A DNA stretch of 64,000 bases from Spirochaetia bacterium (GCA_034520965.1 JAXHMY010000003.1:384001-448000), one strand, 5' to 3'. Shown: positions 40,862 to 52,322, counted from the first letter of the stretch. Program-made: numbers and translations. Notes: generated from the sequence alone by a model not told the origin.

Positions 40862-41440
40862 ATGCAGATAGTTGCGGTTTTTATTGTAGCGGTTTTAGTA
40901 AACAACTTTGTACTCTATTATTTTGTGGGAATCTGTCCCTTTATCGGCGTCTCGAAAAAAGTTGATGCCGCCACAAGTATGGGGATGGCGGTGACCTTTG
41001 TAATGACCATTACCGCTGCGGTTACCTGGTTAATCAATAACCTGGTGCTGATACCCTTCGGGCTCCCCTTTCTCGAATATGTCTCCTATATCGTAGTAAT
41101 TGCCTCGTTAGTACAGTTTTTGGAAATGTTCATCAAAAAAACGTTTCCCGAACTTTACAAAACCCTGGGGATATTTTTACCTCTGATTACCACCAACTGT
41201 GCAATTCTATTTGTTGCACTCATCCAGGCCATGCGTGCTTACGGGTTTATTACCAGTATCGCCTTTGGTTTTGGGGCGGGGGTCGGTTTTACTCTGGCAA
41301 TTGTGATTATGGCGGGCATTCGAGAGCAGCTGGAGGTAGCCGACATTCCACGGCCCTTCCGCGGTGCGGCAATCACACTTATTGTCGCCGGAGTACTCGC
41401 ATTGGCTTTCATGGGATTTACCGGACTGGTGTCCGCATAG
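40862..41440 (+). CDS. rnfA: Rnf complex subunit A
   Basis: GICPFIG, LPLITTNC. Confidence 0.95.
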   Translation: MQIVAVFIVAVLVNNFVLYYFVGICPFIGVSKKVDAATSMGMAVTFVMTITAAVTWLINNLVLIPFGLPFLEYVSYIVVIASLVQFLEMFIKKTFPELYKTLGIFLPLITTNCAILFVALIQAMRAYGFITSIAFGFGAGVGFTLAIVIMAGIREQLEVADIPRPFRGAAITLIVAGVLALAFMGFTGLVSA

Positions 41441-41456
41441 TTATAAGGAGTTAGGT

Positions 41457-42341
41457 ATGATTATCATACAAGCAATACTTCTCATGGGTGTTCTCGGAGT
41501 AGGCTTCTCAGTATTTTTGGGATTTGCCAATAAACGCTTCCATGTAGAAACCAACCCCAAAGTTGATGAAGTCGAAGAGGTGCTGCCCGCGGTAAACTGC
41601 GGCGGCTGCGGCTATCCTTCCTGTGCCACCTATGCCGAGGCAGTGGCGGAAAACGGCGAGGATATCGACCTCTGCGTTGTCGGTGGAGCCGAAACAACCA
41701 CAATGATCGCCCATGTGATGGGGGTCGAGGTTGCCGGCGAAGACAAAGAGAAGCTGGTGGCAGTGGTCTTCTGCCAGGGAGATTCCGAGGCCGCCGGTTT
41801 TCCCGGTGAGTACCGGGGGATACTCGATTGTGCAGCTGCGGTTTACTCCCAGGATGTAGCAAAACGCTGCAAATACGGCTGTCTAGGGCTCGGTTCATGC
41901 GTCAATGCCTGTCCCTTCGATGCAATACATATGAGTGAGACGGGCATCCCCTACGTAGATGCGGAAAAATGCACCGCCTGCGGTAAATGTGTAACCGCCT
42001 GCCCGCGAGACCTTATTGAACTGCATCCAGTTTCGCATGAGGCCTTCGTGTACTGCAAATCACAAGACCCCGGTGCTATTGCCAGAAAGGTATGTAAAAA
42101 GGCGTGCATCGCCTGTAAAATTTGTGTAAAGGCCGCCGCTGCGGACGATAACCCCGAGGCAGTTACAATGAACGGGAACCTGGCAGTGGTGAATACCGAT
42201 AACTATACGGCTAAAGCGGAGTATGGCCAAAAGTGCCCCACCGATGCCTACAGTAGCCGCAAGAACAGCGTAAACTATGAGAGTTTCGTCAAAGACAAGC
42301 CAAAAGAAAAGGCCCCTGCGGGAGAGAGCGACAAGGAATGA
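41457..42341 (+). CDS. rnfB: Rnf complex subunit B (polyferredoxin)
   Basis: LPAVNCGGCGYPSC and multiple CxxCxxC motifs. Confidence 0.93.
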   Translation: MIIIQAILLMGVLGVGFSVFLGFANKRFHVETNPKVDEVEEVLPAVNCGGCGYPSCATYAEAVAENGEDIDLCVVGGAETTTMIAHVMGVEVAGEDKEKLVAVVFCQGDSEAAGFPGEYRGILDCAAAVYSQDVAKRCKYGCLGLGSCVNACPFDAIHMSETGIPYVDAEKCTACGKCVTACPRDLIELHPVSHEAFVYCKSQDPGAIARKVCKKACIACKICVKAAAADDNPEAVTMNGNLAVVNTDNYTAKAEYGQKCPTDAYSSRKNSVNYESFVKDKPKEKAPAGESDKE

Positions 42342-42826
42342 TCGAAGAAAAGGCGGCGGTAGTTGAAGTTGGACAGGAGCAGGTGGTGTTCCAGGTGACC
42401 GGGGAAGAGGCCTGCGAAAGCTGTGATTTGTCGGAACAGTGCTACCGTGACGGCGGGCTGCTGCGCATTTCAAGGTCAGGTTTAGACGGCATACCTGCAG
42501 AAGAACTTACACCGGGCAGAACGGTTAAGCTGAAGATGGAGAACACCAGCCTGCTCGGCCTGACTGGAATTGTTTACGGAATCCCGCTGGCTTTGTTTGT
42601 GAGCGGGCTGCTTATAGGTAATTTCCTCCTGTTTCCCCAGGCGGCGGAAGCCGGGCGTGCCCTCGGCTCCTTTGCCACCGGGGTGATACTAGTTGCTGTA
42701 TCCTGGCTGCCGATCGTCCGCCTGGATAAAAAAACGGCCCGCCGCGTGCGCTACCGAACCGAGCCGCTTTCAGACACAGAGACCGAACATGACTACTATT
42801 ACCGAACCTACTCAGAGGACAAGTAA
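42338..42826 (+). CDS. rseC: RseC/MucC-family protein
   Basis: ACESC...C, YGIPL, two TMs; last gene of rnf operon. Confidence 0.8.
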   Translation: MIEEKAAVVEVGQEQVVFQVTGEEACESCDLSEQCYRDGGLLRISRSGLDGIPAEELTPGRTVKLKMENTSLLGLTGIVYGIPLALFVSGLLIGNFLLFPQAAEAGRALGSFATGVILVAVSWLPIVRLDKKTARRVRYRTEPLSDTETEHDYYYRTYSEDK

Positions 42827-42836
42827 TCTGTATTCT

Positions 42837-44024
42837 CTAAATAACTCCTAAATCCTTCCCCACCTTGGTAAATGCAGCAACCGCTTTGTCAATCTCTTCA
42901 CGGCTATGGGCGGCCGACAACTGCACCCGAATACGGGCCTTTCCCTTTGGTACTACCGGATACACAAACCCGATCACATAGATGCCCTCCTGCAGCAGGG
43001 CGTCGGACATAGAAAGGGCCAACTGCTCGTCGTACAGCATAACCGGTACAATAGCCGTCTCGCCGGGTACAATATCGAAGCCCGCGGTTCCCATTCTCCC
43101 TTTAAAATACTCGGCATTCTTCAGTACCAGTTCCGGCAGATCGGGGTTCTCCTCTACCAGTTCCAGAGCTTTAAGAGTGCCGCCGACTACCGCCGGGGCC
43201 AGGGTATTTGAAAAGAGGTAGGGCCGCGAGCGCTGCCGCAGCATCTCGATAATCTCCCGTCGACCGGAAGTACAGCCTCCTGAGGCACCGCCCAATGCTT
43301 TTCCAAAGGTGGTGGTAACAATATCTACCCTATCCTGTACACCGTAGTAAGCGGGGGTACCCCTTCCGCCGGGCCCTATATAGCCGGTGGCGTGGGAATC
43401 ATCCACCAGAACCAGTGCCTCGTAGCGGTCGGCTAAATCGCATATTTTATCGAGTTTTGCAATGTCCCCGTCCATGGAAAACACACCGTCGGTGCAAATT
43501 ATCTTCCGCGGGGCCGCCTCAGCCTCTTTAAGAGCCTGTTCCAGCTCCTGCATATCCGAGTGGGCGTATCTGAAGCGCTGCGATTTTGTGAGCCTCACCC
43601 CGTCAATGATCGAGGCATGGTTCAAGGCATCGGAGATAATCGCATCTTCCGGACCAATCAGCGGCTCGAACACCCCTCCATTGGCATCAAAACAGGCGGC
43701 ATACAGGATGCTGTCCTCAGTGCCCAGAAACTGGGAAACCCTCTGCTCTAAATCCTTATGAATTTGCTGGGTTCCGCATATAAAGCGCACCGATGAGAGG
43801 CCATACCCCCACTTCTCCATTGTCTCCTGGGCGGCCTTTATGATACCCGGATTGTTTGACAAGCCTAGATAGTTGTTTGCACAAAAGTTGATTACCCGTG
43901 TATCGCCACCAACCTCGATGGTACCGCTTTGCGGGGAAGTAAGAACTCTCTCGTTCTTGTAGAGTCCCTCACGTTTCAGTTTCTCAATTGCATCCTGTAA
44001 GTTATTTTTTATTTTCCCGTACAT
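42837..44024 (-). CDS. kbl: Glycine C-acetyltransferase (2-amino-3-ketobutyrate CoA ligase)
   Basis: NFCANNYLGL, SVRFICGTQ, TFGKALGGASGG. Confidence 0.95.
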   Translation of the reverse strand: MYGKIKNNLQDAIEKLKREGLYKNERVLTSPQSGTIEVGGDTRVINFCANNYLGLSNNPGIIKAAQETMEKWGYGLSSVRFICGTQQIHKDLEQRVSQFLGTEDSILYAACFDANGGVFEPLIGPEDAIISDALNHASIIDGVRLTKSQRFRYAHSDMQELEQALKEAEAAPRKIICTDGVFSMDGDIAKLDKICDLADRYEALVLVDDSHATGYIGPGGRGTPAYYGVQDRVDIVTTTFGKALGGASGGCTSGRREIIEMLRQRSRPYLFSNTLAPAVVGGTLKALELVEENPDLPELVLKNAEYFKGRMGTAGFDIVPGETAIVPVMLYDEQLALSMSDALLQEGIYVIGFVYPVVPKGKARIRVQLSAAHSREEIDKAVAAFTKVGKDLGVI

Positions 44025-44025
44025 C

Positions 44026-44979
44026 TCATCCCCCTTTTCGTTTTTCCAGCGTCCCCAGCATATCCTCGGTCATCATCTCCAAATCAAAGTCCGGGGCCCA
44101 GCCCCACTCTACCCTGGCCGCATAATCTTCCAAACTGTTAGGCCAGGAGTTTGCAAGAGCTTGTCGCACTGGGTCAATGTCGTAAGAAATTTCAAAGTTC
44201 GGAATATGCTTACGGATATAGGCAGCCTGATCTTCCGGACAAAAACTCATGGCTGTCACATTAAATGCATTCCGGTGGCGCAGTGCGGCCGGATCCGCCT
44301 CCATAATATCGATGGCCGCCTTAAGGGCATCCGGCATATACATCATATCCAGGTAGGTATCGCCCTTCAGAAAACAAGTATAGTGGCCCTTTTCGACTGC
44401 CCCATAGTAAATATCCACTGCATAGTCGGTAGTCCCCCCGCCGGGAGGAGTTTTGTTCGAAATAAGTCCGGGATACCGCACTCCGCGGGTGTCCACTCCA
44501 AACTTGTGGTAATAATAATCGCACAGCAGTTCTCCGGCCACCTTGGTTACCCCATACATCGAACTGGGACGTTGTGGGGAATCCTGGGGGGTATGGTCTT
44601 TTATGGTGGTTGGTCCGAAGGAGCCGATTGAACTGGGAGTAAACACGGAGCACTTTTTCTCGCGGGCAACTTCGAGCACCGTATAGAGACCGTTAATGTT
44701 AATGTCCCATCCCATCTGCGGCTTGTGCTCGGCGGTAGCCGAGAGCAGCGCTGCTAGATGATATATCGTATCAATTCTGCGTTTTCCAACCAGTTCCGAC
44801 AAGGCCTTGCCATTCCGGCAATCCAGAATTTCAAAGGGGCCGTTTTCAATAACTTCCAGGTTTACATCATCGCGAATATCCGTGGCCAGCACATTGTCCC
44901 GACCATAACGCTGTCTGAGCAAGACGGTAAGTTCAGAACCGATCTGGCCTAATGCACCGGTCACTAAAATCTGTTTCAC
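44026..44979 (-). CDS. tdh: SDR-type L-threonine 3-dehydrogenase
   Basis: TGALGQIG, YGVTK, GGGTTDYA; adjacent to kbl. Confidence 0.88.
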   Translation of the reverse strand: MKQILVTGALGQIGSELTVLLRQRYGRDNVLATDIRDDVNLEVIENGPFEILDCRNGKALSELVGKRRIDTIYHLAALLSATAEHKPQMGWDININGLYTVLEVAREKKCSVFTPSSIGSFGPTTIKDHTPQDSPQRPSSMYGVTKVAGELLCDYYYHKFGVDTRGVRYPGLISNKTPPGGGTTDYAVDIYYGAVEKGHYTCFLKGDTYLDMMYMPDALKAAIDIMEADPAALRHRNAFNVTAMSFCPEDQAAYIRKHIPNFEISYDIDPVRQALANSWPNSLEDYAARVEWGWAPDFDLEMMTEDMLGTLEKRKGG

Positions 44980-45554
44980 TACTCTCCTCCCTCTTTGAAA
45001 CGAACCACCATATTGATGCGAGCCGTCTCTTCTCCAATATTTTCAATACAATGCTCTATATCCGCATGGTAGCGAATAAAATCGTCCGGCTCCAATCGGG
45101 CTTCGTTCTCCCCCGCTTGAACGCTGATACTCCCCTGCACAACGGTTAGGAATTCTTCAGTTTTTGTGGGATGGGGCTGCGACAGGAGCCTCTGTCCAGG
45201 CTTAAAGGTGAGCGTGTACACCTCCAGATCTTCAGCCATACTAAGAGGACTGAAAACCCGAATGTGGACTCCCTCCTCCTCAGTATCAAATCGGGTAATT
45301 TCATCCTTTCGGCTGACGTCAAACATCGGTCGCTGTTTTTCTAACCCGGAAAGCAGAGACTGAATATCTATCTCAAGGCCTTCGGCGATTTTCCATAAAG
45401 TGGCGATGGTAGGATTGACCTTGTCAGCTTCAATCTGGGAGAGGGTGGCCGCTGAAACCCCGCTTTTCTGTGAAAGCGCGCTTAAAGTAAGCTTATGGGC
45501 CTTACGCATTTTCTGGATACTGCTGCCGATACTTGGATGGGAATTGTTCTGCAT
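44979..45554 (-). CDS. XRE HTH + cupin transcriptional regulator
   Basis: LSQIEADKVNPTIATLWKIA plus cupin domain. Confidence 0.9.
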   Translation of the reverse strand: MQNNSHPSIGSSIQKMRKAHKLTLSALSQKSGVSAATLSQIEADKVNPTIATLWKIAEGLEIDIQSLLSGLEKQRPMFDVSRKDEITRFDTEEEGVHIRVFSPLSMAEDLEVYTLTFKPGQRLLSQPHPTKTEEFLTVVQGSISVQAGENEARLEPDDFIRYHADIEHCIENIGEETARINMVVRFKEGGE

Positions 45555-45748
45555 ACGCCTCTCTTTTTTCAACCTTTTTTATTAAACTGATGATTTTTTA
45601 GCATAGTGAATATTATTACTAGTGTGTTCATCTGTCAAGAATATTTATCTCCAAGCTGCTCTCTAACTGCTCTCTACCGTATATTCAAATTCAGCTTGAC
45701 ACGCGCGAATGGGGTACGACTCATTGAATGAAATCATAAGGAGAGGCT

Positions 45749-46318
45749 ATGGATAAAAAAACTCCGCTTCATATCGGTAAAAATATCAAAAATATTCGTG
45801 AGAAACACCAGATTACCCAAAGCATTCTGGCCGAAAGATGCGGGGTGAGCAAAAACATGCTCATTCAGATAGAATCAGAGAAAGTAAACCCTACAATTGC
45901 CACGGTCTGGAAAATTGCTAAGGGTCTAGATGTCGACATCGATTCACTGTTGACCGGCCAGGAGCATCTTCAACGCAGCTTTCAGGTCAGCCGTGAGGAG
46001 TATATTACCCGCCTGGAGACCGAGGAGGAGGGAGTACATATCAGAGTCCTGAGTCCGCTCTCTATGGCTGAGGACCTTGAGATGTATATTCTCACCTTTC
46101 AAGCCGGACAGTCCCTTCCTTCAAGCCCCCATGCCGCCCGCACTAAGGAGTTTCTCACCGTTTTAAAAGGAGCAATCAAAGTTTCAGCCGGCACAAACGT
46201 AGCAGAACTATCTAAGGGAGATTTTATCCAGTATCACGCCGATATTGAGCATACCATCGAAAACATCTACGACGGTGAGTCTGAAATCTATATGATAGTT
46301 CGCTTTCAGAGCGAATAA
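45749..46318 (+). CDS. XRE HTH + cupin transcriptional regulator (divergent paralog)
   Basis: IESEKVNPTIATVWKIA plus cupin domain. Confidence 0.9.
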   Translation: MDKKTPLHIGKNIKNIREKHQITQSILAERCGVSKNMLIQIESEKVNPTIATVWKIAKGLDVDIDSLLTGQEHLQRSFQVSREEYITRLETEEEGVHIRVLSPLSMAEDLEMYILTFQAGQSLPSSPHAARTKEFLTVLKGAIKVSAGTNVAELSKGDFIQYHADIEHTIENIYDGESEIYMIVRFQSE

Positions 46319-46357
46319 CACCTCTAATCGCCAGTACAGCTTACATGTACAGCTGCT

Positions 46358-48378
46358 TTATACCAGATTGCGGGGTATTCGGCTGTCCCAACTGCGGCTG
46401 AATACCCGGCTCGGACCCTCATATGCATCCAGGTCGGCCCGGATGCGGAACTCGGTTTCATTAGAGGTGAGCAGGGTGCGGGTAACCGTCCGGATTTCCC
46501 AGTCCTCCCTCTTGAACTTCCGCTCCCAGCGCGTCTCACCTGAGAGAGAGTTGTATTCATCGTTAGTGAAGCTGTAGGACTCCCGAGTCCGAGAACTGAT
46601 CTCTAAATTGATTTCATCGTAGCGGGTTGTGCCCGTATCAAGGAGAACCTCCAGGGTTGAAATATCCTTCCCAAGCTCTTTAATAACCTTCCAGGACTCC
46701 TCCCCCGGCCGAATCAAGGTAATTGGTAAAGGAGCAGCTCCTTCCGGTTCATCGAAGGGACGCAAGGCTGCATCTTCAGCACGCGGAGGCCGAAGGGGAA
46801 GCAGGAAAGAACTACAACCGGCGTATACAGTAAGCTGCACCGGCTCGGGAGACGGCCATGCCAGGGGCCAATAGCTAGTAGAAAGGGATAATCGCAGGCG
46901 GTGCCCCTTGGGAAACCGCTGGGCGACACCATTGAGCACAACCTTTGCCGTATAGCGTTTTCCCGGCACGAGGGGCTGGGGGTTCTCATGGCTCTCCCGG
47001 TGGGTAAGGTTCAACAGCCCGTAGGTAACCCGAGTAGCCTTATCATCCGGGGCTACATCGGACAACCGCGCGGCCACCATGGCCACCGGACGGTTAGACG
47101 ACAGCTCCAGCTCCACTATCGGGGAACCGAAAATTTCCAGATCCTCCTCAAGCGCCTTGCTTTCAAACACCAGCGCACCGCCGTCCTCCTGGCGCTGATC
47201 ATGGGGAAGATCAGGTGGAGCCTGATAGCTGCACCATTTTCCGGCAAACAGCCCCACCGACAGGGGCGATTGAATTGTCAGCGGTTTTTCGGGAACTCCT
47301 TCCGTCGTCGCCGCTAACCGGCCTTGATCAAGAATAAAGCTTTGATCGAGAATGTTCTTGCTCGGCCAGCTGTCTTCGGCGATCCAGCGGCCGGGTCGCT
47401 CCCGGTAACTGGTAGTTGGAGGTACGCTGTCCTGCATCCACACTCTAAACATAGGTTCATTTTCGATCCCGTTTTCCTCGTCCTTCAACCAGCGATCCCA
47501 CCACCTGCGAATCTCCTGCAGAAAGCCAATCGCCGGTCCGGGAACTCCTTCGTGGGGATACTTATGACTCCAGGGACCAATCAAACCCTTGCGCGGAACC
47601 GAAAGGTGTGACATCAGCCGAAACACGGTATTGGAGTAGCCGTCCGCCCAGCCGCTTACCGCCATTACCGGACACTTGATGGCCGTATAGTCTTCACACA
47701 CCGAACCATGCTTCCAGTACTCGTCCCTGTGCTGCCGGCGCATCCACTTTTCAAGCCACAGACCGCTCTCTTCCAGCCGCTGCATCCACATTTTCCGCCA
47801 TTTGTCCCCTACCAACAGGGGATCCGGGGGATGGGTATTTTGATCAAACATAGTCGAGGCCCAGGAGAGGTTGTCCCCGAGCAGGCAGCCGCCCATATAA
47901 TGCACATCATCGGTATAGCGATCGTCGGTAGAGCAGATACTTACCACTGCCTTCAGAGGCTCCGGCTGCAAAGCTGCTAACTGCAGTCCGTTAAAACCGC
48001 CCCAGGATATCCCAATCATTCCTACCGCTCCACTACACCATTTCTGCCGAGCCAGCCAGTTAATGACCTCTACCCCGTCGTCCAACTCCTGCTGCAGGTA
48101 TTCATCGGTTAATATCCCCTCCGATTCGCCGCTGCCCCGCAGATCAACACGCACTGATGCATACCCGTACCCGGCGATGTATGGATGGTGGCGCACATCC
48201 CGCTCTGCTGTGAGATCGCGCTTACGGTAGGGAATATACTCGAGAATGGCCGGCACCGGCTCTGATTCGGCATCTTCGGGAAGCCACATTCTAGCTGCCA
48301 ACTGGGTTCCGTCGCTCATTCTGATGCTAAAATGCTCAATCTCATGTACCTTCCGGGGAATTCATTCCTTGTTTTCAC
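46358..48378 (-). CDS. CocE/NonD-family (peptidase S15) serine hydrolase; frameshift near 48355
   Basis: EYIPYRK, GISWGG, GPWSH; probable GTG start at 48378 with AGGAG RBS. Confidence 0.88.
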
Positions 48379-49687
48379 GGGACTCTCCTGTTTCAATAGG
48401 CTCTATTTCAAATGTCAGCATCTCCTGGCAGCGGATATATTTATCTAGAAGATCCTTCTGATCCTCTCCGCCTATAAACAAGTAACAGACGGCATAACTG
48501 TAACTGTCCTGCTCTAACAACTCATCCAACCGCATGCCGGGACTTACCTGCGGCCGTATTACCGTACCGGGGATCTCACGCTCAACACGCTTTATCTCCT
48601 CGTCTGTAGGTACGGATTTTACAACCCCATTCTCAAATACTCGCCAGAAGAACTTAGCTGCCCGCGGAAATTCTCCCTTCTGATAAGGAAACTCCGGATC
48701 CCGGCCTAGGGCAACATCTACGGTAATGGCCTGATTTGAAGCCCCGTCGACTTTTTCAAAAATATCGGAGTGGGATTCACTTACTCTGGTGTTGATCTCT
48801 AACAGCCAAATTTTATCTCTTCCCCGATCCCAATAATATTCAATGTTAAAGGCGCTGTTGTCAAAACCGATCGAAGATAAAATTTTCTCGGTAATGCGGA
48901 TCATCCGCTCCTGGATTTTATACGGAAGGCTGGAGGGATATTCATAACGAAAAAAACTTATTCCGTTCTCATACCTGATCGAGTCTACTATTCCGGTGCT
49001 CTCTATCCAACCGTTAAGGACATAGCCTTCCAGGGTGCATTGCCGGCCGCCGATAATACCTTCGGCCATGCAGTAGTGTGGTTGCACCCAGGCTACCTCC
49101 GCCGGCAGCTCAAGCTGCTCCAGGATATAACCAAAGGGGTCACTGATAAGTCCTATCTGCTCACGGATCAGCGGTACAGCTTCTAGAAACTCATTCTCAT
49201 TCTCGATTCTAAAGCCCAGAAAAGAGCCGGAAGATTTAATCGGTTTTATCCAGAAGGGGTAATCAAGCTGTATTTTGTCTAAAGCATTATCATCAAAGGG
49301 ATCAAATGCTGCGAAGGCTGGTATGTGTTCCGCAATACTCTTCTGCTGTTCCAGGCGGCTCCAGTACTTGTGTTCACACTTCATCAAGGATTCAAGACTC
49401 GGCGAACGTGTTCCAAACTCTCGGCAGATTAATGGCAGCATGGTGCTTACCGGAAAATCGTTATAGCCGCAAATAGCATCTACCGACTGGTTGGTCCTTT
49501 TCTGAAACTCCCGGATCTGCTCAATACTGCGGCGAATCATGTCTGCTATAGGAAAGTCGTAGGTCTCAAACAGATCCGCATGACTTAGTAAACCGTTAAA
49601 AATGTACTCCGAAGCATGCGGGGTTCTTTCCAATAAACGGCGGTTTGCATCATCTAAACCGACAACGAATACGTTTTTGTTTATCAT
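48362..49687 (-). CDS. ATP-grasp domain protein
   Basis: CEHKYWSR, YPFWIKP, FNIEY, LLEINTR. Confidence 0.85.
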   Translation of the reverse strand: MINKNVFVVGLDDANRRLLERTPHASEYIFNGLLSHADLFETYDFPIADMIRRSIEQIREFQKRTNQSVDAICGYNDFPVSTMLPLICREFGTRSPSLESLMKCEHKYWSRLEQQKSIAEHIPAFAAFDPFDDNALDKIQLDYPFWIKPIKSSGSFLGFRIENENEFLEAVPLIREQIGLISDPFGYILEQLELPAEVAWVQPHYCMAEGIIGGRQCTLEGYVLNGWIESTGIVDSIRYENGISFFRYEYPSSLPYKIQERMIRITEKILSSIGFDNSAFNIEYYWDRGRDKIWLLEINTRVSESHSDIFEKVDGASNQAITVDVALGRDPEFPYQKGEFPRAAKFFWRVFENGVVKSVPTDEEIKRVEREIPGTVIRPQVSPGMRLDELLEQDSYSYAVCYLFIGGEDQKDLLDKYIRCQEMLTFEIEPIETGESRENKE

Positions 49688-49945
49688 ACTCCAATTTCTC
49701 CTTCTTTCTTACTTCCTCTAGTATATATGAAGACTTTAAATTAGAAATGTCAATAAATTAAACAGAAATGAGCGCCTGCACACTGAAAATCTGAATACAT
49801 TCAGTACAAGGAACCAGATATCCCCCGGCTCAGCCGGCCTAACGGGTTGAAGAAACTAATATATCTGGTTAAATTTGAGTTACAGGTTTTGTATGTGTAC
49901 TTTTATATAAACCTGTTGTCTGTAACTATTTTAAGGAGGTGTAGC

Positions 49946-50473
49946 ATGGCTACCCAAAATTCTCAAGATAAATCTCAGCAAGAGCACGCCGCACTTAGTA
50001 CCAAACAGACTATCGGCGCGGGTATCGGCATTTTGGTACTGCTGGGGCTGCTGTTCTTCGGAACATCCCAGAACGCTCCCGCCGGAGCGGAGCTTATTAC
50101 CGACGGCTCGAAACCGAATCAGAGTGTGTATCAAGAAGATGCATCGGATTTAAATTATGAAGATGCACTCTTAAGGAACTATGATCAAGGGGCACTGCTT
50201 GAATTGAACGGTAAAGTAAACCGAATTTTAGACAAACCCTTAAAGGGCCAGGTAAATGTGTTGATTGACCTCCCACAGGAAAGTGGAGGTGCAGAAAACA
50301 TGGAGTCAAAGCAAGTAATGCTGGTATATGTCGATAGTACCGCCCAGGTGGAAGAGAACCAAAGCGTACATCTGTTTGGGAGATATATCGGTACGTTAGA
50401 GTTTGAAACCTCTGTCGGAGGGGAACAAGAAGTACCCGCAATCCAGGTGGACTATCTGACCGAACAGAGTTAA
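49946..50473 (+). CDS. Hypothetical membrane-anchored protein
   Basis: AAGGAGG RBS, single TM, beta-rich C-terminus. Confidence 0.65.
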   Translation: MATQNSQDKSQQEHAALSTKQTIGAGIGILVLLGLLFFGTSQNAPAGAELITDGSKPNQSVYQEDASDLNYEDALLRNYDQGALLELNGKVNRILDKPLKGQVNVLIDLPQESGGAENMESKQVMLVYVDSTAQVEENQSVHLFGRYIGTLEFETSVGGEQEVPAIQVDYLTEQS

Positions 50474-50546
50474 ATTGACCAAAACCCTAGGGCTCACTGC
50501 CCCGGACCCTTATGCGGTTTCCGGGGCAATTTTTTTGAGATCAAAG

Positions 50547-51243
50547 CTATGAGAAAATCGAAGCAAGCGGCTGCGAGGGCTTGGTACGGCGGATGAATAG
50601 TGCAAACAGGCTCAACAGCCCCAGGCTGATCAACGCCAAGAGCAGTGCCAGCAGAGTTGCTTCCCATCGCGGCCGGACATAACCGCATCCCAAATGGCCA
50701 GAGAGACCGTCTGCGTTTTACCTGGAACACTTCCCGGATCATATCAGGAATTCCAAACTCCCCCATAGCCCGCAGAAATGCGAGTATGAAACCGGCGGAA
50801 AGGCCGGGTATAGATATTGGGAGAATAATTGCGGTAAGAAGAGTCCTTCTACCGGCCCCGTCTACCGCTGCTGCTTCGAACAAGTGTAGCTCGATGGATT
50901 CGAAGAAACTCTTTGCTGTTCGGTAGTATAACGGCAAACCGGCCAAAGCTGCGGCGGTAACCGCTGCCCCTCGGCTGAACAGAAAGGAGGTACCGGTTAT
51001 GGCGGACCATACGGACCCTCCGCTGCCGGAGTTTCCTAAAAACAGAATAAGCCCATAGCCGAGTACGGTTGGCGGAAGAAGCACGTGGACACTCAGGAGG
51101 TAATCGGCAATAGTGGCAGCAAGACTGCGTTTGCCTGCTAGCCACCACGCACAGAGCGTTCCAATGCCGGTGACCAAAAGAGTTGCAGTACATGCCACGC
51201 TCAGGCTTATTTGCAACGGAATCCACAGATCCGCAAATATCAT
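50547..51243 (-). CDS. modB: Molybdate ABC transporter permease (frameshifted 3' end)
   Basis: LPPTVLGY, EAAAVDGA, RAMGEFG; alternate frame gives GSVPGKTQTVSLAIW. Confidence 0.85.
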
Positions 51244-51245
51244 AT

Positions 51246-52129
51246 TCACTTGCTCACTCCCACTTTCATTTCTACCTTTGTAACAACCGAAAGAAAGCCG
51301 TTGCTTTTCAGAATTGTAGCTGCTGTATTCGATCGAGAAAGGTTGAAAAGTCCTGGGCTGCTGTTCGCTTTGAGTTGAGTTGTTCCTCAGAGAGGTGTTC
51401 TTCACTGCGAATGATCGCCGCCGGATATTCAATCGGCCTTTGATCGATAATCTTCCATTCCGCGGCAATACTCAGCTGCGGAACTAATCCGGCATCGGTC
51501 CGATAAAGAAAAGCAGCATCTACTTCTCCAGCCTCGAGCCAGGCTAGTGCCTGCCGCACGCTCCCGGCAAACACCAGTTTATCCTGCAATTGACTATAGA
51601 GTTGTTCGGACTTCAAAAGCTGTGCAGCGTAACGGCCGGCAGGCACATAGTCGGGATTACCCATACCTATCCTCTCGATATTGGACCAACGCAGATGCTG
51701 TAGCTTCGACCGTTTTCTCGTACGGTCATCTAAAGCAACCAGGTCTTTTTGGGCTATGTTTGCTGAATATACCAGCACCAGCGAGTTAGTACACAGCACT
51801 ATTGGGGCGTGCCCGTCGGTATGCCCGGATTCGAAGACTCTCTGCATGTGATATTGTGAAGCGGAAATAAATATATCTACCGGCGCTCCCCTAATTATTT
51901 GGCTTGCTATTGTTCCGGAAGCTGCCGTATGAATCTTTACCTGTATATCCGGATTCCTGGTCTCATAAGCTTCCGACAACTGGGTAACAGCCTCACTCAT
52001 ACTGGCAGCCGCCGAGACCTGCAAATTCTGCTTTCCTGATTCACAACTAACAAGAGTGAATGTAGTCAGCAAGAGTATGAACAGCAGAAAAAGTTGATTA
52101 TTATTGGAATAGTAAGCTTTCATCACCAT
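51246..52129 (-). CDS. modA: Molybdate-binding lipoprotein (probable frameshift near 51330)
   Basis: LVSC lipobox, VSAAASM, GAPVDIFISA, VPAGRYA, YRTDA. Confidence 0.9.
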
Positions 52130-52322
52130 TATTTAGAACTCTGCATATAATGGAAATGTCGATCTATTAGCTATAATCTCCCACCTTTACTTTGAAGGGC
52201 AGGAAATTAGTTTTTCCGGGTTACCTTTGTGATAAAAATATGCTACATTAAGTGGGTACATATTTTTCACCAATAACTGCAATTAACTAAAAATATTCAT
52301 TTGTACGTAGAAGGGTTTCAGT

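Noticed and set aside
52141..52165. ModE-box-like sequence upstream of modA
   Set aside because: Only a partial match to the palindromic consensus; not supportable without a motif scan
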